From sequence record SRR20825006_189: a stretch of DNA of 64,000 nucleotides; one strand, 5' to 3'. Within the stretch, counting starts at the first letter, position 1; each line of letters opens with the position of its first letter. Below, in pieces: positions 49,745-60,695 of this stretch. Below the pieces are notes generated by a model. It saw only the letters and a program-made list of their open reading frames with translations, was not told the DNA's origin and searched no databases. The position numbers were made by a program, and so were the translations under genes.

Positions 49745-50593
49745 GTGAATGAATGGCTATCCAAAATTGATGCGGGACTGATTGGCTCCATCGCAGAAGC
49801 CGTAATTTATTTCATTGTCGGTCTGATCCTGGCACGGATGGCGAGCCGGGGTGTCAGGCAATGGAGCAAACACCGTTTCGATATGCATCAGCAATTACTG
49901 ATGGGGCGTATAGCGGCCTATCTGGTGCTACTGGTGTTCGTGGTGATGGGACTGAATGCCATCGGCTTCAATCTGGGCGTGCTGATTGGTGCCGCCGGTA
50001 TCCTGTCCGTCGCCATTGGTTTTGCTTCTCAGACTTCAGCCTCCAATATCATCAGCGGCCTGTTCCTGGTCGCGGAACGGCCGTTTTCAGTCGGTGATTT
50101 GATCCGGGTCGGTACAACCACCGGTGAAGTGTTATCGATTGATTTACTGTCAGTGAAACTGCGCACTTTCGACAACCTGTTTGTCCGCATACCCAACGAA
50201 ACCCTGATTAAATCGGAAGTTACGACGCTGACCCGCTTCCCGATTCGCCGTATTGATCTGGCTATCGGGGTCGCCTACAAGGAAGACATCAAGAAGGTGC
50301 GCAAAATACTGGAGCGGGTGGCACAGGCCAACCCGCTGTGTCTCGATGAACCCAAACCGATCTTCGTGTTTCTGGGCTTTGGTGAATCCTCGCTGGATAT
50401 GCAGTTTTCGGTCTGGGTGAAGCGTGAGAAATTTATCGACCTCAAAAACAGCATTCATGAAGAGATTAAGGAAGCCTTTGATGCCGAAGGCATTGAGATT
50501 CCCTTTCCGCACCGTTCGCTCTATACCGGTTCGATTACTGAACCTTTCCCGATTCGGGTGATTACTGATACTGAGCAGCAGGACCTATCCTGA
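49745..50593 (+). CDS. Small-conductance mechanosensitive channel family protein
   Basis: IGFASQ..SNIISG, RPFSVGD, IPNE, GIEIPFP. Confidence 0.93.
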   Translation: MNEWLSKIDAGLIGSIAEAVIYFIVGLILARMASRGVRQWSKHRFDMHQQLLMGRIAAYLVLLVFVVMGLNAIGFNLGVLIGAAGILSVAIGFASQTSASNIISGLFLVAERPFSVGDLIRVGTTTGEVLSIDLLSVKLRTFDNLFVRIPNETLIKSEVTTLTRFPIRRIDLAIGVAYKEDIKKVRKILERVAQANPLCLDEPKPIFVFLGFGESSLDMQFSVWVKREKFIDLKNSIHEEIKEAFDAEGIEIPFPHRSLYTGSITEPFPIRVITDTEQQDLS

Positions 50594-50653
50594 CTGTCGG
50601 CCGCCGGCCATCTGCGCTAAGATAAGCCCCTCATTAACAAACCGAGGTAAACC

Positions 50654-51484
50654 GTGAGTAAACTCAGCGGACAGCTGACCAAAATGGCTGTCACCCTGCC
50701 GGCCGACAACAAGGCCCAGTATGCGATGCGCCTGGGTGATGAACAAATGCCGATGAATGAGCTGGTCGGCCAGACTGTCACGCTCAGATACCTGGGTGAA
50801 ATTCACTGCCTCAATTGTCAGCGGCTGACTAAAAAAAGCTTCAGTGGCGGCTTTTGCTTCCCCTGCTCACAGCGTCTGGCACAATGTGATATGTGTTTCA
50901 TTAAGCCCGAGCTATGTCATTTCGAGCAGGGCACCTGCCGTGAACCGGACTGGGGCCAGGCCGTCTGCATGCAGGATCATATTGTTTATCTCGCCAACAG
51001 TTCCGGGCTCAAGGTCGGCATTACCCGTCTCAATCAGATCCCGACCCGCTGGGTCGATCAGGGCGCGACCCAGGCCCTGCCGATTTTCCGGGTCAGAAGC
51101 CGTTATCAGTCGGGGCTGGTGGAAGTGATGTTTAAAAATCATGTTTCCGATCGCACTGACTGGCGCAAAATGCTCAAAGGCGAAGCCGAGCCTATTGATA
51201 TGGCCGCCGAGCGGGACCGGTTGCTCGCCGAATGTGAGTCCGACATTCAAGCCCTGCATCATCAGTTTGATGACAACAGCATTGCGACCCTGCCGGGTGA
51301 GCAGGAACAGCAAATTATCTATCCGGTGGCACATTACCCGGCCAAGGTGTCGTCATTTAATTTTGATAAAACGCCGGAAGTCAGTGGCGTTTTGCATGGT
51401 ATTAAAGGCCAGTATCTGATTTTCGATACCGGTGTGATTAACATCCGCAAGTTCAGCGGCTATGAAGTGGAGATGGTGGTTTAA
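50654..51484 (+). CDS. Cys-rich conserved protein (DUF2797-like)
   Basis: CxxC motifs, HIVYLANSSGLKVGITR, TRWVDQGA, GIKGQYL. Confidence 0.8.
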   Translation: MSKLSGQLTKMAVTLPADNKAQYAMRLGDEQMPMNELVGQTVTLRYLGEIHCLNCQRLTKKSFSGGFCFPCSQRLAQCDMCFIKPELCHFEQGTCREPDWGQAVCMQDHIVYLANSSGLKVGITRLNQIPTRWVDQGATQALPIFRVRSRYQSGLVEVMFKNHVSDRTDWRKMLKGEAEPIDMAAERDRLLAECESDIQALHHQFDDNSIATLPGEQEQQIIYPVAHYPAKVSSFNFDKTPEVSGVLHGIKGQYLIFDTGVINIRKFSGYEVEMVV

Positions 51485-52507
51485 ATGCTGTATCGCCTGA
51501 TGCGAAATCTGATGTTCCGTCTGGATGCGGAGAAATCTCATCATCTGGGAATGACCGGACTGAATCTGTTGGAAATGACCGGCTTGTCCTGGTTGCTGAC
51601 CCGAAAAATGGCGGCACGATCAGTCAAAGTGATGGGGCTGGAGTTCCCCAATGCCGTTGGACTCGCTGCCGGTCTGGATAAAAATGGTGACTATATTGAA
51701 GCTATGTCGGCACTGGGATTTGGCTTTGTCGAGATTGGCACCGTCACACCACGGCCACAGCCGGGTAACCCCAAGCCGAGATTGTTCCGCATTCCCGAAG
51801 CCGAAGGCATTATTAACCGTATGGGATTTAATAACCTTGGTGTTGACCATTTGCTGGAACAGGTCAAAGCGGCCAGAACTAAAAGCCTGGTCGGCATCAA
51901 CATCGGCAAAAACTTTGATACACCGGTCGAAAACGCGGTCGATGACTATCTGATCGGTTTCAACAAGGTCTATCCCTTCGCCGATTATGTGACAATCAAT
52001 ATCTCTTCACCCAACACGCCCGGTTTGCGCAGCCTGCAGTTCGGAGAATCACTGGACGCGCTGTTATCGGCATTAAAGCAGGCGCAAACAGCCCTGGCAG
52101 AACAGCATGGTCGTTATGTGCCGATGGCGGTCAAAGTCGCGCCCGATCTGACTGCAGAAGAAGTACGGCAACTGGCCGAGGCTTTTTCTTCACACCGGGT
52201 TGATGCGGTGATTGCCACTAATACGACGATGTCCCGGGATGAAGTGGCAGGTTTAGCCAATGCAGAGGAGGCGGGCGGCCTCAGTGGTGCTCCCGTATTT
52301 GAAAGATCCACTGACATTGTCCGCCAGTTTCGTGCCGCATTGCCTGAAGACTTGCCGATCATTGCGGCAGGTGGAATCATGTGCGGTGAAGATGCGCTGG
52401 CGAAACTGGAAGCCGGCGCCGCCCTGGTTCAGATATACAGTGGTTTGATATACCGCGGACCTTCTCTGGTAAGAGAAGTCGTAGAAACAATCGCAAAGAG
52501 GAACTGA
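51485..52507 (+). CDS. pyrD: Quinone-dependent dihydroorotate dehydrogenase
   Basis: [36 protein letters not shown]. Confidence 0.97.
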   Translation: MLYRLMRNLMFRLDAEKSHHLGMTGLNLLEMTGLSWLLTRKMAARSVKVMGLEFPNAVGLAAGLDKNGDYIEAMSALGFGFVEIGTVTPRPQPGNPKPRLFRIPEAEGIINRMGFNNLGVDHLLEQVKAARTKSLVGINIGKNFDTPVENAVDDYLIGFNKVYPFADYVTINISSPNTPGLRSLQFGESLDALLSALKQAQTALAEQHGRYVPMAVKVAPDLTAEEVRQLAEAFSSHRVDAVIATNTTMSRDEVAGLANAEEAGGLSGAPVFERSTDIVRQFRAALPEDLPIIAAGGIMCGEDALAKLEAGAALVQIYSGLIYRGPSLVREVVETIAKRN

Positions 52508-52508
52508 A

Positions 52509-53312
52509 ATGGAAACTGCTGCAGGTAGTGTTGTTGGATTCTGGTTGATGAATATTCTTTACGCGGCACTGATCGTGTTTGTTGGTCGTGTGGTCGTTAA
52601 GTGGCTGGTCAAACTGTCGCGTAAATTGATGGTTCGCAACAATATGGATGCGATGCTGATCAATTTCCTCAGTGTTATTGCCAATGCGGTGCTGATGCTG
52701 TTTGTATTGATTGCCGCCCTCGATCAACTCGGTGTCGATACCACCTCCATGATCGCTGTGCTCGGTGCCGCCGGTCTGGCTATCGGTCTGGCGCTGAAAG
52801 ACTCCTTACAGAACTTTGCTGCCGGTGTGATGCTGGTCATGTTCCGACCGTTCAAAGTCGGTGATTTCGTGGAAGCAGCCGGCACCAGCGGCATCATTGA
52901 ACAAATCACCATTTTCAATACGATTATGAGAACCGGTGATAACCGCGAAGTGATTGTGCCTAATGGTCAGATTTATGCTGATACCATCACCAATTACTCG
53001 GCACGTGATACCCGTCGGATCGATATGAGCTTCGGTATTGGTTACGGCGATGACCTGTTGAAAGCCAAGAATCTGCTTAATGATATTGTGAAGGGCCATC
53101 CCAAAGTGCATGCTGATCCCGAGCCGGTTATCCGGGTTGCTGAACTGGCCGACAGCAGTGTCAATTTTGATGTACGTCCCTGGGTTAATGCAGATGATTA
53201 CTGGCCGGTGCGTTCAGAGCTGATTGAACAAATCAAACTCGCTTTTGATGAGAATGGTATATCAATCCCCTTTCCGCAAATGGATGTACACTTGAATAAA
53301 CTGGAAAGCTGA
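52509..53312 (+). CDS. mscS: Small-conductance mechanosensitive channel
   Basis: LGAAGLAIGLAL..SL.NFAAG, FRPFKVGD, GISIPFPQMDVH. Confidence 0.92.
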   Translation: METAAGSVVGFWLMNILYAALIVFVGRVVVKWLVKLSRKLMVRNNMDAMLINFLSVIANAVLMLFVLIAALDQLGVDTTSMIAVLGAAGLAIGLALKDSLQNFAAGVMLVMFRPFKVGDFVEAAGTSGIIEQITIFNTIMRTGDNREVIVPNGQIYADTITNYSARDTRRIDMSFGIGYGDDLLKAKNLLNDIVKGHPKVHADPEPVIRVAELADSSVNFDVRPWVNADDYWPVRSELIEQIKLAFDENGISIPFPQMDVHLNKLES

Positions 53313-53349
53313 AATCAATAATCGGGTTTCAGCCTGAAAGGAGGCTGCT

Positions 53350-53826
53350 ATGAAGATAACCCTGTTAATGACAACGGCATTGCTGGCACTGAGCGTGTCA
53401 GGTTGTGCCGACAGAGCATCGGTGGTTTACGCTGATGGCCGTGACTATCGGGGTGGCCCTCCGCCACATGCACCGGCACATGGTTATCGAGCCAAACATC
53501 AGCGACACAACATGGTGTATGACTCCCGGCTGGGGGCATACATCGTGCTGGGCTACGATGATCATTATTACAATGATGGCTGGTATTTCCGTTACCGCGA
53601 TGGTTTATGGCAGATCAATGCAGATTTGAGAGACCGCGATTGGCGAGATGTCGATCATTACCGCGTTCCGGAAGGTTTGCGCTACAGCAAACACGGCTAC
53701 CGTGATCGCGACTATGAAGATCGTGGCCGCGACAACAAGGATAAAAACCGTGGGCGTGGTTACAAGGATCGTGATGAGCATCCAGGCCAAGGTCGCGGAC
53801 CTAATACAGATGACGATTGGGATTAA
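53350..53826 (+). CDS. Hypothetical lipoprotein with GPPPHAPAHG motif and charged low-complexity tail
   Basis: SD GGAGG, lipobox VSGC, Arg/Asp/Tyr/His-rich sequence. Confidence 0.75.
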   Translation: MKITLLMTTALLALSVSGCADRASVVYADGRDYRGGPPPHAPAHGYRAKHQRHNMVYDSRLGAYIVLGYDDHYYNDGWYFRYRDGLWQINADLRDRDWRDVDHYRVPEGLRYSKHGYRDRDYEDRGRDNKDKNRGRGYKDRDEHPGQGRGPNTDDDWD

Positions 53827-54593
53827 AAGTTGTCTTTCCACTCTCTGAGTGCAGCAAATACGGATTCATCGCTATCCAGAGAACGGCTGCTGAAGGTTTC
53901 AGCTGCCGTTTTGATATGAGACAGGTGGCTACGCAGGAAGGGGTTGGTGGCCAGTTCATCGGCCATCAGTGAAGGAATGGTGCGCTTTCCCTGCTCTCGC
54001 AATAGCCGGGTCTCATTGCTTCGTTGCTGTAACGCCGGATTGTCTTTTTCCACCGCCCGGGCAAAACGCAGATTGGCCTCGGTATATTCATGGGCGCAAT
54101 AGACTTCAGTATTGCCCGGCAGTTGTTTCAGTTGCTTCAGAGACTGAAACAGCTGTTCAGCACTGCCGCCAAGCAGCCTGCCGCAGCCGCCGGCAAAGAG
54201 GGTATCACCACAGAAGAGTTTGTTCTCCACCAGAAAGCAGATATGGCCCTGGGTATGCCCCGGGGTCTCCAGTACACGGAATAGCGGAAAGTCCGGATCG
54301 ACCTCCAGTTCGTCAGTGGCTTTCAGGGGATGATTGATCGCCGGGATTTGTTCATCAGCCGGGCCGAACACCGGTACCGGGTAGGTTTCCAGCAAAGCTT
54401 CGACGCCACCGATATGATCGGCATGGTGGTGGGTAAGCAGAATCGCAGCCGGCGTCAGATCCTTTTGTTTCAGGGCCTCGAATACGGGCTTGGCATCACC
54501 GGGGTCGACAATCAGTACCTTGCGGCTGTCTTCTGCCTGAATCAGCCAGATATAATTATCTTTGAATGCGTTGACGGCGTGGACTATAAGCAT
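53823..54593 (-). CDS. gloB: Hydroxyacylglutathione hydrolase (glyoxalase II)
   Basis: DNYIW, THHHADH, TPGHT, GDTLF..GCG, CAHEYT, TNPFLR. Confidence 0.96.
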   Translation of the reverse strand: MLIVHAVNAFKDNYIWLIQAEDSRKVLIVDPGDAKPVFEALKQKDLTPAAILLTHHHADHIGGVEALLETYPVPVFGPADEQIPAINHPLKATDELEVDPDFPLFRVLETPGHTQGHICFLVENKLFCGDTLFAGGCGRLLGGSAEQLFQSLKQLKQLPGNTEVYCAHEYTEANLRFARAVEKDNPALQQRSNETRLLREQGKRTIPSLMADELATNPFLRSHLSHIKTAAETFSSRSLDSDESVFAALREWKDNF

Positions 54594-54618
54594 AAAACCT
54601 CCCGGATGGGACAATAAC

Positions 54619-55353
54619 ATGAATCACTTAGACAGCAAGGATATTGAACACTGGTGGCAAAGCCCGCTGGGCCAGCTACTGCTGACGGTTGAACGCGAGA
54701 CGGTCAGTCAGCTTGATGAGCCGTTACCCGGCTATTTTTTTGTGCAGATCGGTGGCAATGAGTCCTGCCTGCCCGTCGTCACTAACCGTGCCTGCAGTCA
54801 GTGGCGAGTTGGCACGACGGCTGACTTGCAGGCGGAGCCGGAATCGCTGCCATTCAGATCCAATAGTATAGACAACCTGCTCTTGCAGCATGTTCTCGAG
54901 CGTTCCCGCGATCCCCACCAACTTCTAAGAGAGGCGGAAAGAGTGCTGGCGGCCGATGGCAAGCTGATCCTCTGCTGTTTTAACCCCTTCAGTCTGTGGG
55001 GGCTGCGCCGTCTATTTTCTTGGCAGGACAGCCCGCCCTGGGACGGTCACTATTTCAGTCAGACCCGCATCCGCGACTGGCTGGCCCTGCTCAATTTCGA
55101 AGTGACCGAACATCATAAAATGCTGTTCAGGCCCCCGTTCAGACATTCGCGCTGGCTGCAGGGCTGCCTGTTTATGGAGCGCTGGGGACGGCGATTATGG
55201 CCCTGGCTGGGTGGTGTTTCTGTTATGGTAGCGGCCAAACGCACCATTCCGCTGACCCCGGTCAGGGAAAACTGGCGCAAACGAAGGCTGTTCCCGACGC
55301 CGGGACTGGTTAACAAACCCCTTACCCGAGAACACAGTAATGGACCACGTTGA
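54619..55353 (+). CDS. Class I SAM-dependent methyltransferase (YafS-like)
   Basis: LPF..SID, HVLE, P...[15 protein letters not shown]; gloB-yafS-rnhA synteny. Confidence 0.85.
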   Translation: MNHLDSKDIEHWWQSPLGQLLLTVERETVSQLDEPLPGYFFVQIGGNESCLPVVTNRACSQWRVGTTADLQAEPESLPFRSNSIDNLLLQHVLERSRDPHQLLREAERVLAADGKLILCCFNPFSLWGLRRLFSWQDSPPWDGHYFSQTRIRDWLALLNFEVTEHHKMLFRPPFRHSRWLQGCLFMERWGRRLWPWLGGVSVMVAAKRTIPLTPVRENWRKRRLFPTPGLVNKPLTREHSNGPR

Positions 55354-55780
55354 AATTTTCACTGACGGCGCCTGCAGCGGCAATCCCGGCCCCGGTGGCT
55401 GGGGTGCGATATTACGTGCCAGGGGTATGGAAAAAGAGCTCTCCGGCAGTGAAAAACAGACCACCAATAACCGTATGGAAATGATGGCAGTGATTGCCGC
55501 GCTGGAAGCATTGAAGCGCCCCTGCCGTGTTACCATAACGACCGACTCACAATACGTGATGAAGGGCATGACCGAATGGCTGCCGGGCTGGAAAACCAGG
55601 AACTGGAAGACAGCGGCAAAAAAGCCGGTTAAAAATGCCGAACTGTGGCAACGGCTGGATAAAGCGATTGCGCCGCACGAAGTCAAATGGGAATGGGTGC
55701 GGGGCCATAACGGCCATCCGGAAAATGAGCGTGCCGATCAACTGGCGGTAGCCGCCAGAGAAAAGCTGACAGTGTCGTAG
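55340..55780 (+). CDS. rnhA: Ribonuclease HI
   Basis: [35 protein letters not shown]. Confidence 0.98.
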   Translation: MDHVEIFTDGACSGNPGPGGWGAILRARGMEKELSGSEKQTTNNRMEMMAVIAALEALKRPCRVTITTDSQYVMKGMTEWLPGWKTRNWKTAAKKPVKNAELWQRLDKAIAPHEVKWEWVRGHNGHPENERADQLAVAAREKLTVS

Positions 55781-55796
55781 ACGAGGATCCTCCGCC

Positions 55797-56534
55797 GTGG
55801 CAGAAACCATTCAGAAAAGACAGGTCATACTGGATACCGAAACCACTGGTATCAGCACCGCCGACGATCATCGCATCATCGAAATCGGTTGTGTGGAAAT
55901 GGTGGGCCGCCGTCTCACCGGCCAGACTTTTCATCAGTATATTAATCCGCAGCGCGAGATTGATGCAGGCGCGATTGAAGTGCATGGCATCACCAATAAG
56001 TTTCTGGCCGACAAACCGCTGTTTGCCGATATTGCCGAAGACTTTCTGCGTTTTATCGACGGGGCAGAACTGATTATCCATAACGCGCCGTTCGATGTCG
56101 GCTTTATCGACCATGAATTAGCTAAACTGGATGGCGAATCGCGCCGCGTAAATACCATCGCCAGCGTCCTTGATACGCTCAAAATGGCTCGTGACAAGCA
56201 TCCGGGGCAGAAGAACAGTCTGGATGCCTTATGCAAACGCTATGAGGTAGACAACTCTAACCGGGAACTGCACGGCGCCCTGCTTGATGCTGAAATTCTT
56301 GCCGATGTCTATCTGGCGATGACCGGTGGTCAGGTCAGCCTGACGCTGACTGCCGAAGCAGTGGCGGAGACGGTTTCAGAAAACAAAAGCGACGCCGGTC
56401 TGGGACAGATAAAGACACGACAGCCACTGACCGTGCTCAGGGCCACAGACGAAGAACTGGCAGCGCACCAGGCGATGCTGGAAAAGGTCAATGAATCCAG
56501 TGGCGGCAACTGTGTCTGGCTGACAAAAGAATAA
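55797..56534 (+). CDS. dnaQ: DNA polymerase III epsilon subunit
   Basis: LDTETTG, HNAPFD, HGALLDAEILA, MTGGQ. Confidence 0.97.
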   Translation: MAETIQKRQVILDTETTGISTADDHRIIEIGCVEMVGRRLTGQTFHQYINPQREIDAGAIEVHGITNKFLADKPLFADIAEDFLRFIDGAELIIHNAPFDVGFIDHELAKLDGESRRVNTIASVLDTLKMARDKHPGQKNSLDALCKRYEVDNSNRELHGALLDAEILADVYLAMTGGQVSLTLTAEAVAETVSENKSDAGLGQIKTRQPLTVLRATDEELAAHQAMLEKVNESSGGNCVWLTKE

Positions 56535-56536
56535 GC

Positions 56537-56722
56537 ATCCACAGATTTCGCCGATTTCGCAGATTAAAAACCGTCGGGCACGCTTCACAGAATTGAGCCA
56601 CTATTCTTGCCAGCAGATGCGGGTCTGGGAGTTTCCTCTCTCCTCATAGGAACATACCGGAACTTCCAGGCTGGTACTGATCGCCTTCAACTTATCTGCG
56701 CTCATCTGCGTAATCTGCGGAT
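56537..56722. repeat. MITE-like element with ~29-bp imperfect terminal inverted repeats built from CGCAGAT units
   Basis: Left ATCCACAGATTTCGCCGATTTCGCAGAT (56537-56564); right end reverse-complemented ATCCGCAGATTACGCAGATGAGCGCAGAT (56722-56694). Confidence 0.65.
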
Positions 56723-56758
56723 ACAAACTTTTTCCACTGAAATTTTCAATCAGATCGG

Positions 56759-56786
56759 CTTGAAATTGAATTTTTCGTCCCCAAGT
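56759..56786 (+). promoter_or_regulatory. Sigma32 (RpoH) promoter of grpE
   Basis: CTTGAAA-13 nt-CCCCAAGT. Confidence 0.8.
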
Positions 56787-56822
56787 TGGGGTTCTGTTAC
56801 AAGCAAACCGGAATGATGACTC

Positions 56823-57374
56823 ATGAGCAACGAAGAAATCGAAAAACCTGAAGACAATCAGGAACAGGAAACGGCCAATGATTCAGAACAGCAAGCCCAG
56901 CCGGAAGCGGAACAGGATACGGCCAAGCTGCTTGAGGATGCACGCAACAAGGCTGATGAGCACTGGAACGAACTGTTAATGGCCCGGGCAGATCTGGAAA
57001 ATATGCGTCGTCGCCATGCCCGTGATCTGGAAAATGCGCACAAACACGCGCTGGACAAGTTCGTTGCCGAACTGCTGCCTATCTGCGACAGCCTTGAACT
57101 GGGTCTGAGCGCAGCACATAAAGACGAGGCAACGCTGGAAACCGTACGTGAAGGCATGGACATGACCCTGAAAATGCTGCTGGGCAATATCGGCAAACTG
57201 GGTCTTGAGCAGATTAATCCCGAAGGTGAAGCCTTCAATCCCGACCTGCACCAGGCCGTGTCGATGCAACCTGCTGACGGTGTCGAAGCCAATCAGGTTA
57301 TCAGCGTGATGCAAAAAGGCTATGCCTTTAACGGCCGCGTAATTCGTCCGGCGATGGTCGTGGTTTCGCAATAA
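56823..57374 (+). CDS. grpE: Nucleotide exchange factor GrpE
   Basis: AD.EN.RRR, LLP..D.LE, F.P..HQA, QKGY....RVIRPAMV. Confidence 0.97.
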   Translation: MSNEEIEKPEDNQEQETANDSEQQAQPEAEQDTAKLLEDARNKADEHWNELLMARADLENMRRRHARDLENAHKHALDKFVAELLPICDSLELGLSAAHKDEATLETVREGMDMTLKMLLGNIGKLGLEQINPEGEAFNPDLHQAVSMQPADGVEANQVISVMQKGYAFNGRVIRPAMVVVSQ

Positions 57375-57386
57375 ATCGCTTGGGGA

Positions 57387-57414
57387 CTTGAAATTACTGA
57401 ATTGTCCCCCAAAT
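57387..57414 (+). promoter_or_regulatory. Sigma32 (RpoH) promoter of dnaK
   Basis: CTTGAAA-13 nt-CCCCAAAT. Confidence 0.82.
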
Positions 57415-57468
57415 AAACGAACATAGGCTGATAAAGCCGGTAACAGATAAGAATGATGGAGTTTAACT

Positions 57469-59382
57469 ATGGGTAAAATTATTGGTATCGACCTGGGAAC
57501 GACCAATTCCTGCGTCGCAGTAATGGAAGACGGTAAAGCACGTGTGATCGAAAACAGTGAAGGCGATCGCACCACCCCGTCTATCGTTGCTTTCACCAAA
57601 GACAACGAAGTGCTGGTTGGTCAATCTGCCAAACGTCAGGCCGTGACCAATCCCAAAAACACCTTGTACGGTATCAAACGTCTGATCGGTCGTAAGTTTA
57701 AAGAGAAAGTCGTTCAGCGCGATATCGACATGGTTCCTTACAAAATTATCGAAGCGGACAACGGCGATGCCTGGGTCACTGTCAACGATAAAAAAATGGC
57801 ACCGCCTGAAATTTCTGCCCGCGTTCTGATGAAAATGAAGAAAACCGCGGAAGAATTCCTCGGTGAAGAAGTGACCGAAGCGGTCGTAACCGTTCCGGCT
57901 TACTTCAACGACTCTCAACGTCAGGCGACCAAGGATGCCGGTAAAATCGCCGGTCTGGAAGTCAAACGTATTATCAACGAACCGACTGCTGCGGCCCTGG
58001 CTTATGGCATGGACAAAAAACGCGGTGACTCTACCGTCGTGGTCTATGACCTGGGTGGTGGTACTTTCGACGTCTCTATCATTGAGATTGCCGACATCGA
58101 AGGTGAGCACCAGTTTGAAGTGCTGGCGACCAATGGTGATACTTTCCTGGGTGGTGAAGACTTTGACCAACGCATCATTGACTACCTTGTTGATGAGTTC
58201 AAGAAAGACCAGGGCGTGGATCTGGCTAAAGACCCACTGGCGCTGCAACGTCTGAAAGATGCGGCGGAAAAAGCCAAGATCGAGCTTTCTTCAAGCCAGC
58301 AAACCGATATCAACCTGCCGTACATCACGGCGGATGCCAATGGTCCCAAACACATGGAACTGCGCCTGACCCGCGCCAAGCTGGAATCACTGGTTGAAGA
58401 ACTGATTACCCGCAGCATGGAACCTTGCAAGATGGCATTGAAAGATGCCGGCCTGTCGATTTCGGAAATTGATGACGTTATCCTGGTTGGTGGTCAAACC
58501 CGTATGCCGAAAGTGCAGGAAGCAGTGAAGGAAATGTTCGGCAAAGAGCCGCGCAAAGACGTCAACCCGGACGAAGCCGTCGCGATGGGTGCTTCTATCC
58601 AGGCCGCTGTTCTGGCCGGTGACGTTAAAGACGTATTGCTGCTTGACGTGACCCCGCTGAGCCTGGGTATCGAAACCATGGGCGGTGTGATGACCAAGCT
58701 GGTTGAGAAAAACACCACCATCCCGACCAAAGCGAATCAGGTGTTCTCGACTGCGGAAGACAACCAGCCTGCGGTGACCATTCACGTGCTGCAGGGTGAG
58801 CGCGAAATGGCTTCGGCCAACAAATCTCTGGGTCGTTTTGACCTGGCTGATATTCCGCCGGCGCCACGCGGCGTGCCGCAGATTGAAGTGACCTTCAATA
58901 TCGACGCCAACGGTATTCTGCATGTGTCTGCCAAAGACAAGGCAACCGGTAAGGAACAGTCGATTGTCATCAAGGCTTCAAGCGGTCTGAGTGACGACGA
59001 AGTCGAGCAAATGGTGAAAGACGCCGAAGCCCATGCCGAGGAAGATAAGCGCTTCCACGAGCTGGTCACGGCACGTAACCAGGCTGACGCGTTGATTCAT
59101 GCGACTACCAAGTCACTGAAAGATCTGGGCGATAAAGTCGAAGCTGACGAGAAAGCGAACATCGAGTCTGCCGTTGAAGCACTGCAGGAAGCGATCAAGG
59201 GCGAAGACAAAGACGATATCGAAGCCAAGACCAACGCGCTGAGTGAAGCGTCTGCCAAACTGGCTGAGCGGGCTTACGCTGAAAACGCCGAAGCCGGTGA
59301 AGGTGCCGCTGACAATGAACAGTCAGGCGACGATGTTGTCGATGCCGAGTTCGAAGAAGTCGACGACGACAAGAAGAAATAA
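57469..59382 (+). CDS. dnaK: Chaperone DnaK
   Basis: [32 protein letters not shown]. Confidence 0.99.
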   Translation: MGKIIGIDLGTTNSCVAVMEDGKARVIENSEGDRTTPSIVAFTKDNEVLVGQSAKRQAVTNPKNTLYGIKRLIGRKFKEKVVQRDIDMVPYKIIEADNGDAWVTVNDKKMAPPEISARVLMKMKKTAEEFLGEEVTEAVVTVPAYFNDSQRQATKDAGKIAGLEVKRIINEPTAAALAYGMDKKRGDSTVVVYDLGGGTFDVSIIEIADIEGEHQFEVLATNGDTFLGGEDFDQRIIDYLVDEFKKDQGVDLAKDPLALQRLKDAAEKAKIELSSSQQTDINLPYITADANGPKHMELRLTRAKLESLVEELITRSMEPCKMALKDAGLSISEIDDVILVGGQTRMPKVQEAVKEMFGKEPRKDVNPDEAVAMGASIQAAVLAGDVKDVLLLDVTPLSLGIETMGGVMTKLVEKNTTIPTKANQVFSTAEDNQPAVTIHVLQGEREMASANKSLGRFDLADIPPAPRGVPQIEVTFNIDANGILHVSAKDKATGKEQSIVIKASSGLSDDEVEQMVKDAEAHAEEDKRFHELVTARNQADALIHATTKSLKDLGDKVEADEKANIESAVEALQEAIKGEDKDDIEAKTNALSEASAKLAERAYAENAEAGEGAADNEQSGDDVVDAEFEEVDDDKKK

Positions 59383-59465
59383 TCCTGTGAGTCCGGCCTG
59401 GTGATGGGATAAATGGTATGTCTACCCGTTTAAGCCTCACCCTCGCCGGACAGGACTAACAAGAC

Positions 59466-59500
59466 AAACAGGCGTCTGGTCGGACCGGCGCCTGTTTTGT
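59466..59500 (+). terminator. Hairpin/terminator between dnaK and dnaJ
   Basis: AAACAGGCG...CGCCTGTTTT followed by a T-rich run. Confidence 0.65.
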
Positions 59501-59522
59501 TGTTTTGGGGAAAACAAGAAGC

Positions 59523-60635
59523 ATGGCCAGAAGAGACTATTACGAGATTTTGGGTATCTCGCGAACGGCGACCGAGGCCGAAATCAAAAAAGCCTACCGC
59601 CGCATGGCGATGAAGTATCACCCGGATCGTAATCCGGACGATGCGGAGTCAGAAACCAAATTCAAGGAAGCCAAGGAAGCCTACGAAATTTTAGCCGACA
59701 GCCAGAAACGGGCTGCCTATGACCAGTTCGGTCATGACGGTGTCGACCAGTCCATGGGCGGCGGTTTCGGTCGCGGTGGTGCCGGCGGATTCAGCGATAT
59801 TTTCGGTGATGTATTCAATGATATTTTCGGTGCTGGTGGCCGTCAGCAGGCTTTCCGTGGTGCCGATCTGCGTTACCGTCTGGAACTGTCTCTGGAAGAG
59901 GCGGTGGCCGGTACCACGGCCAAAATCCGTATTCCGGTTAATGTAGAGTGTGAAACCTGTGACGGCAGCGGCGCCAAGAAAGGCACCGAGCCGGTGACCT
60001 GTACCACCTGTGGTGGACATGGCCAGGTTCGTATTCAGCAGGGTTTCTTTACTATGCAGCAGGCCTGTCCGCACTGCCGCGGTACCGGCAAGATGATCAA
60101 AGACCCCTGTCCGGACTGTCATGGCGAAGGCCTGGTGCAGGAACACAAAACCTTGTCTGTCAAAGTACCCGCCGGTGTTGATACCGGTGACCGGATCCGG
60201 CTCGAGGGTGAAGGTGAAGCCGGACTGCACGGGGCTCCTGCCGGTGATTTGTTTGTGGAAGTGGCGGTCAAACGGCATGATGTGTTTACCCGTGACGGTA
60301 CCAACCTGTTCTGTGATGTACCGCTGAGCTTTGTGATTGCCGCACTGGGCGGTGAAGTCGAAGTGCCAACCCTGGAAGGCAAAGCCAGCCTCAAGATTCC
60401 GGAAGGCACCCAGAGCGGCCAGCAATTCCGTATGCGTGGCAAAGGTGTGACCTCTGTCCGTGGCGGCCCGACAGGTGATCTGCTGTGCCGTGTCATTATT
60501 GAAACGCCGGTCAAATTGTCGAAGAAACAAAAGGAACTGCTGGAACAGTTTGAGGAAGACATCAAGGGTGGCGGTGACAAGCATAGTCCGAAACATTCTT
60601 CCTGGCTGGATGCGGTTAAACGTTTTTTTGAATGA
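59523..60635 (+). CDS. dnaJ: Chaperone DnaJ
   Basis: HPD, G/F-rich region, four CxxCxGxG motifs. Confidence 0.99.
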   Translation: MARRDYYEILGISRTATEAEIKKAYRRMAMKYHPDRNPDDAESETKFKEAKEAYEILADSQKRAAYDQFGHDGVDQSMGGGFGRGGAGGFSDIFGDVFNDIFGAGGRQQAFRGADLRYRLELSLEEAVAGTTAKIRIPVNVECETCDGSGAKKGTEPVTCTTCGGHGQVRIQQGFFTMQQACPHCRGTGKMIKDPCPDCHGEGLVQEHKTLSVKVPAGVDTGDRIRLEGEGEAGLHGAPAGDLFVEVAVKRHDVFTRDGTNLFCDVPLSFVIAALGGEVEVPTLEGKASLKIPEGTQSGQQFRMRGKGVTSVRGGPTGDLLCRVIIETPVKLSKKQKELLEQFEEDIKGGGDKHSPKHSSWLDAVKRFFE

Positions 60636-60695
60636 ACGTTTGTCAGCTTGCGGTGACGGCTCAGGATGGGGATACTTTCCATTTTGAGCCGAACT

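Noticed and set aside
56537-56722. CRISPR array
   Set aside because: Units are 9-10 nt, abut without spacers, occur as an inverted pair, and no cas genes are present.
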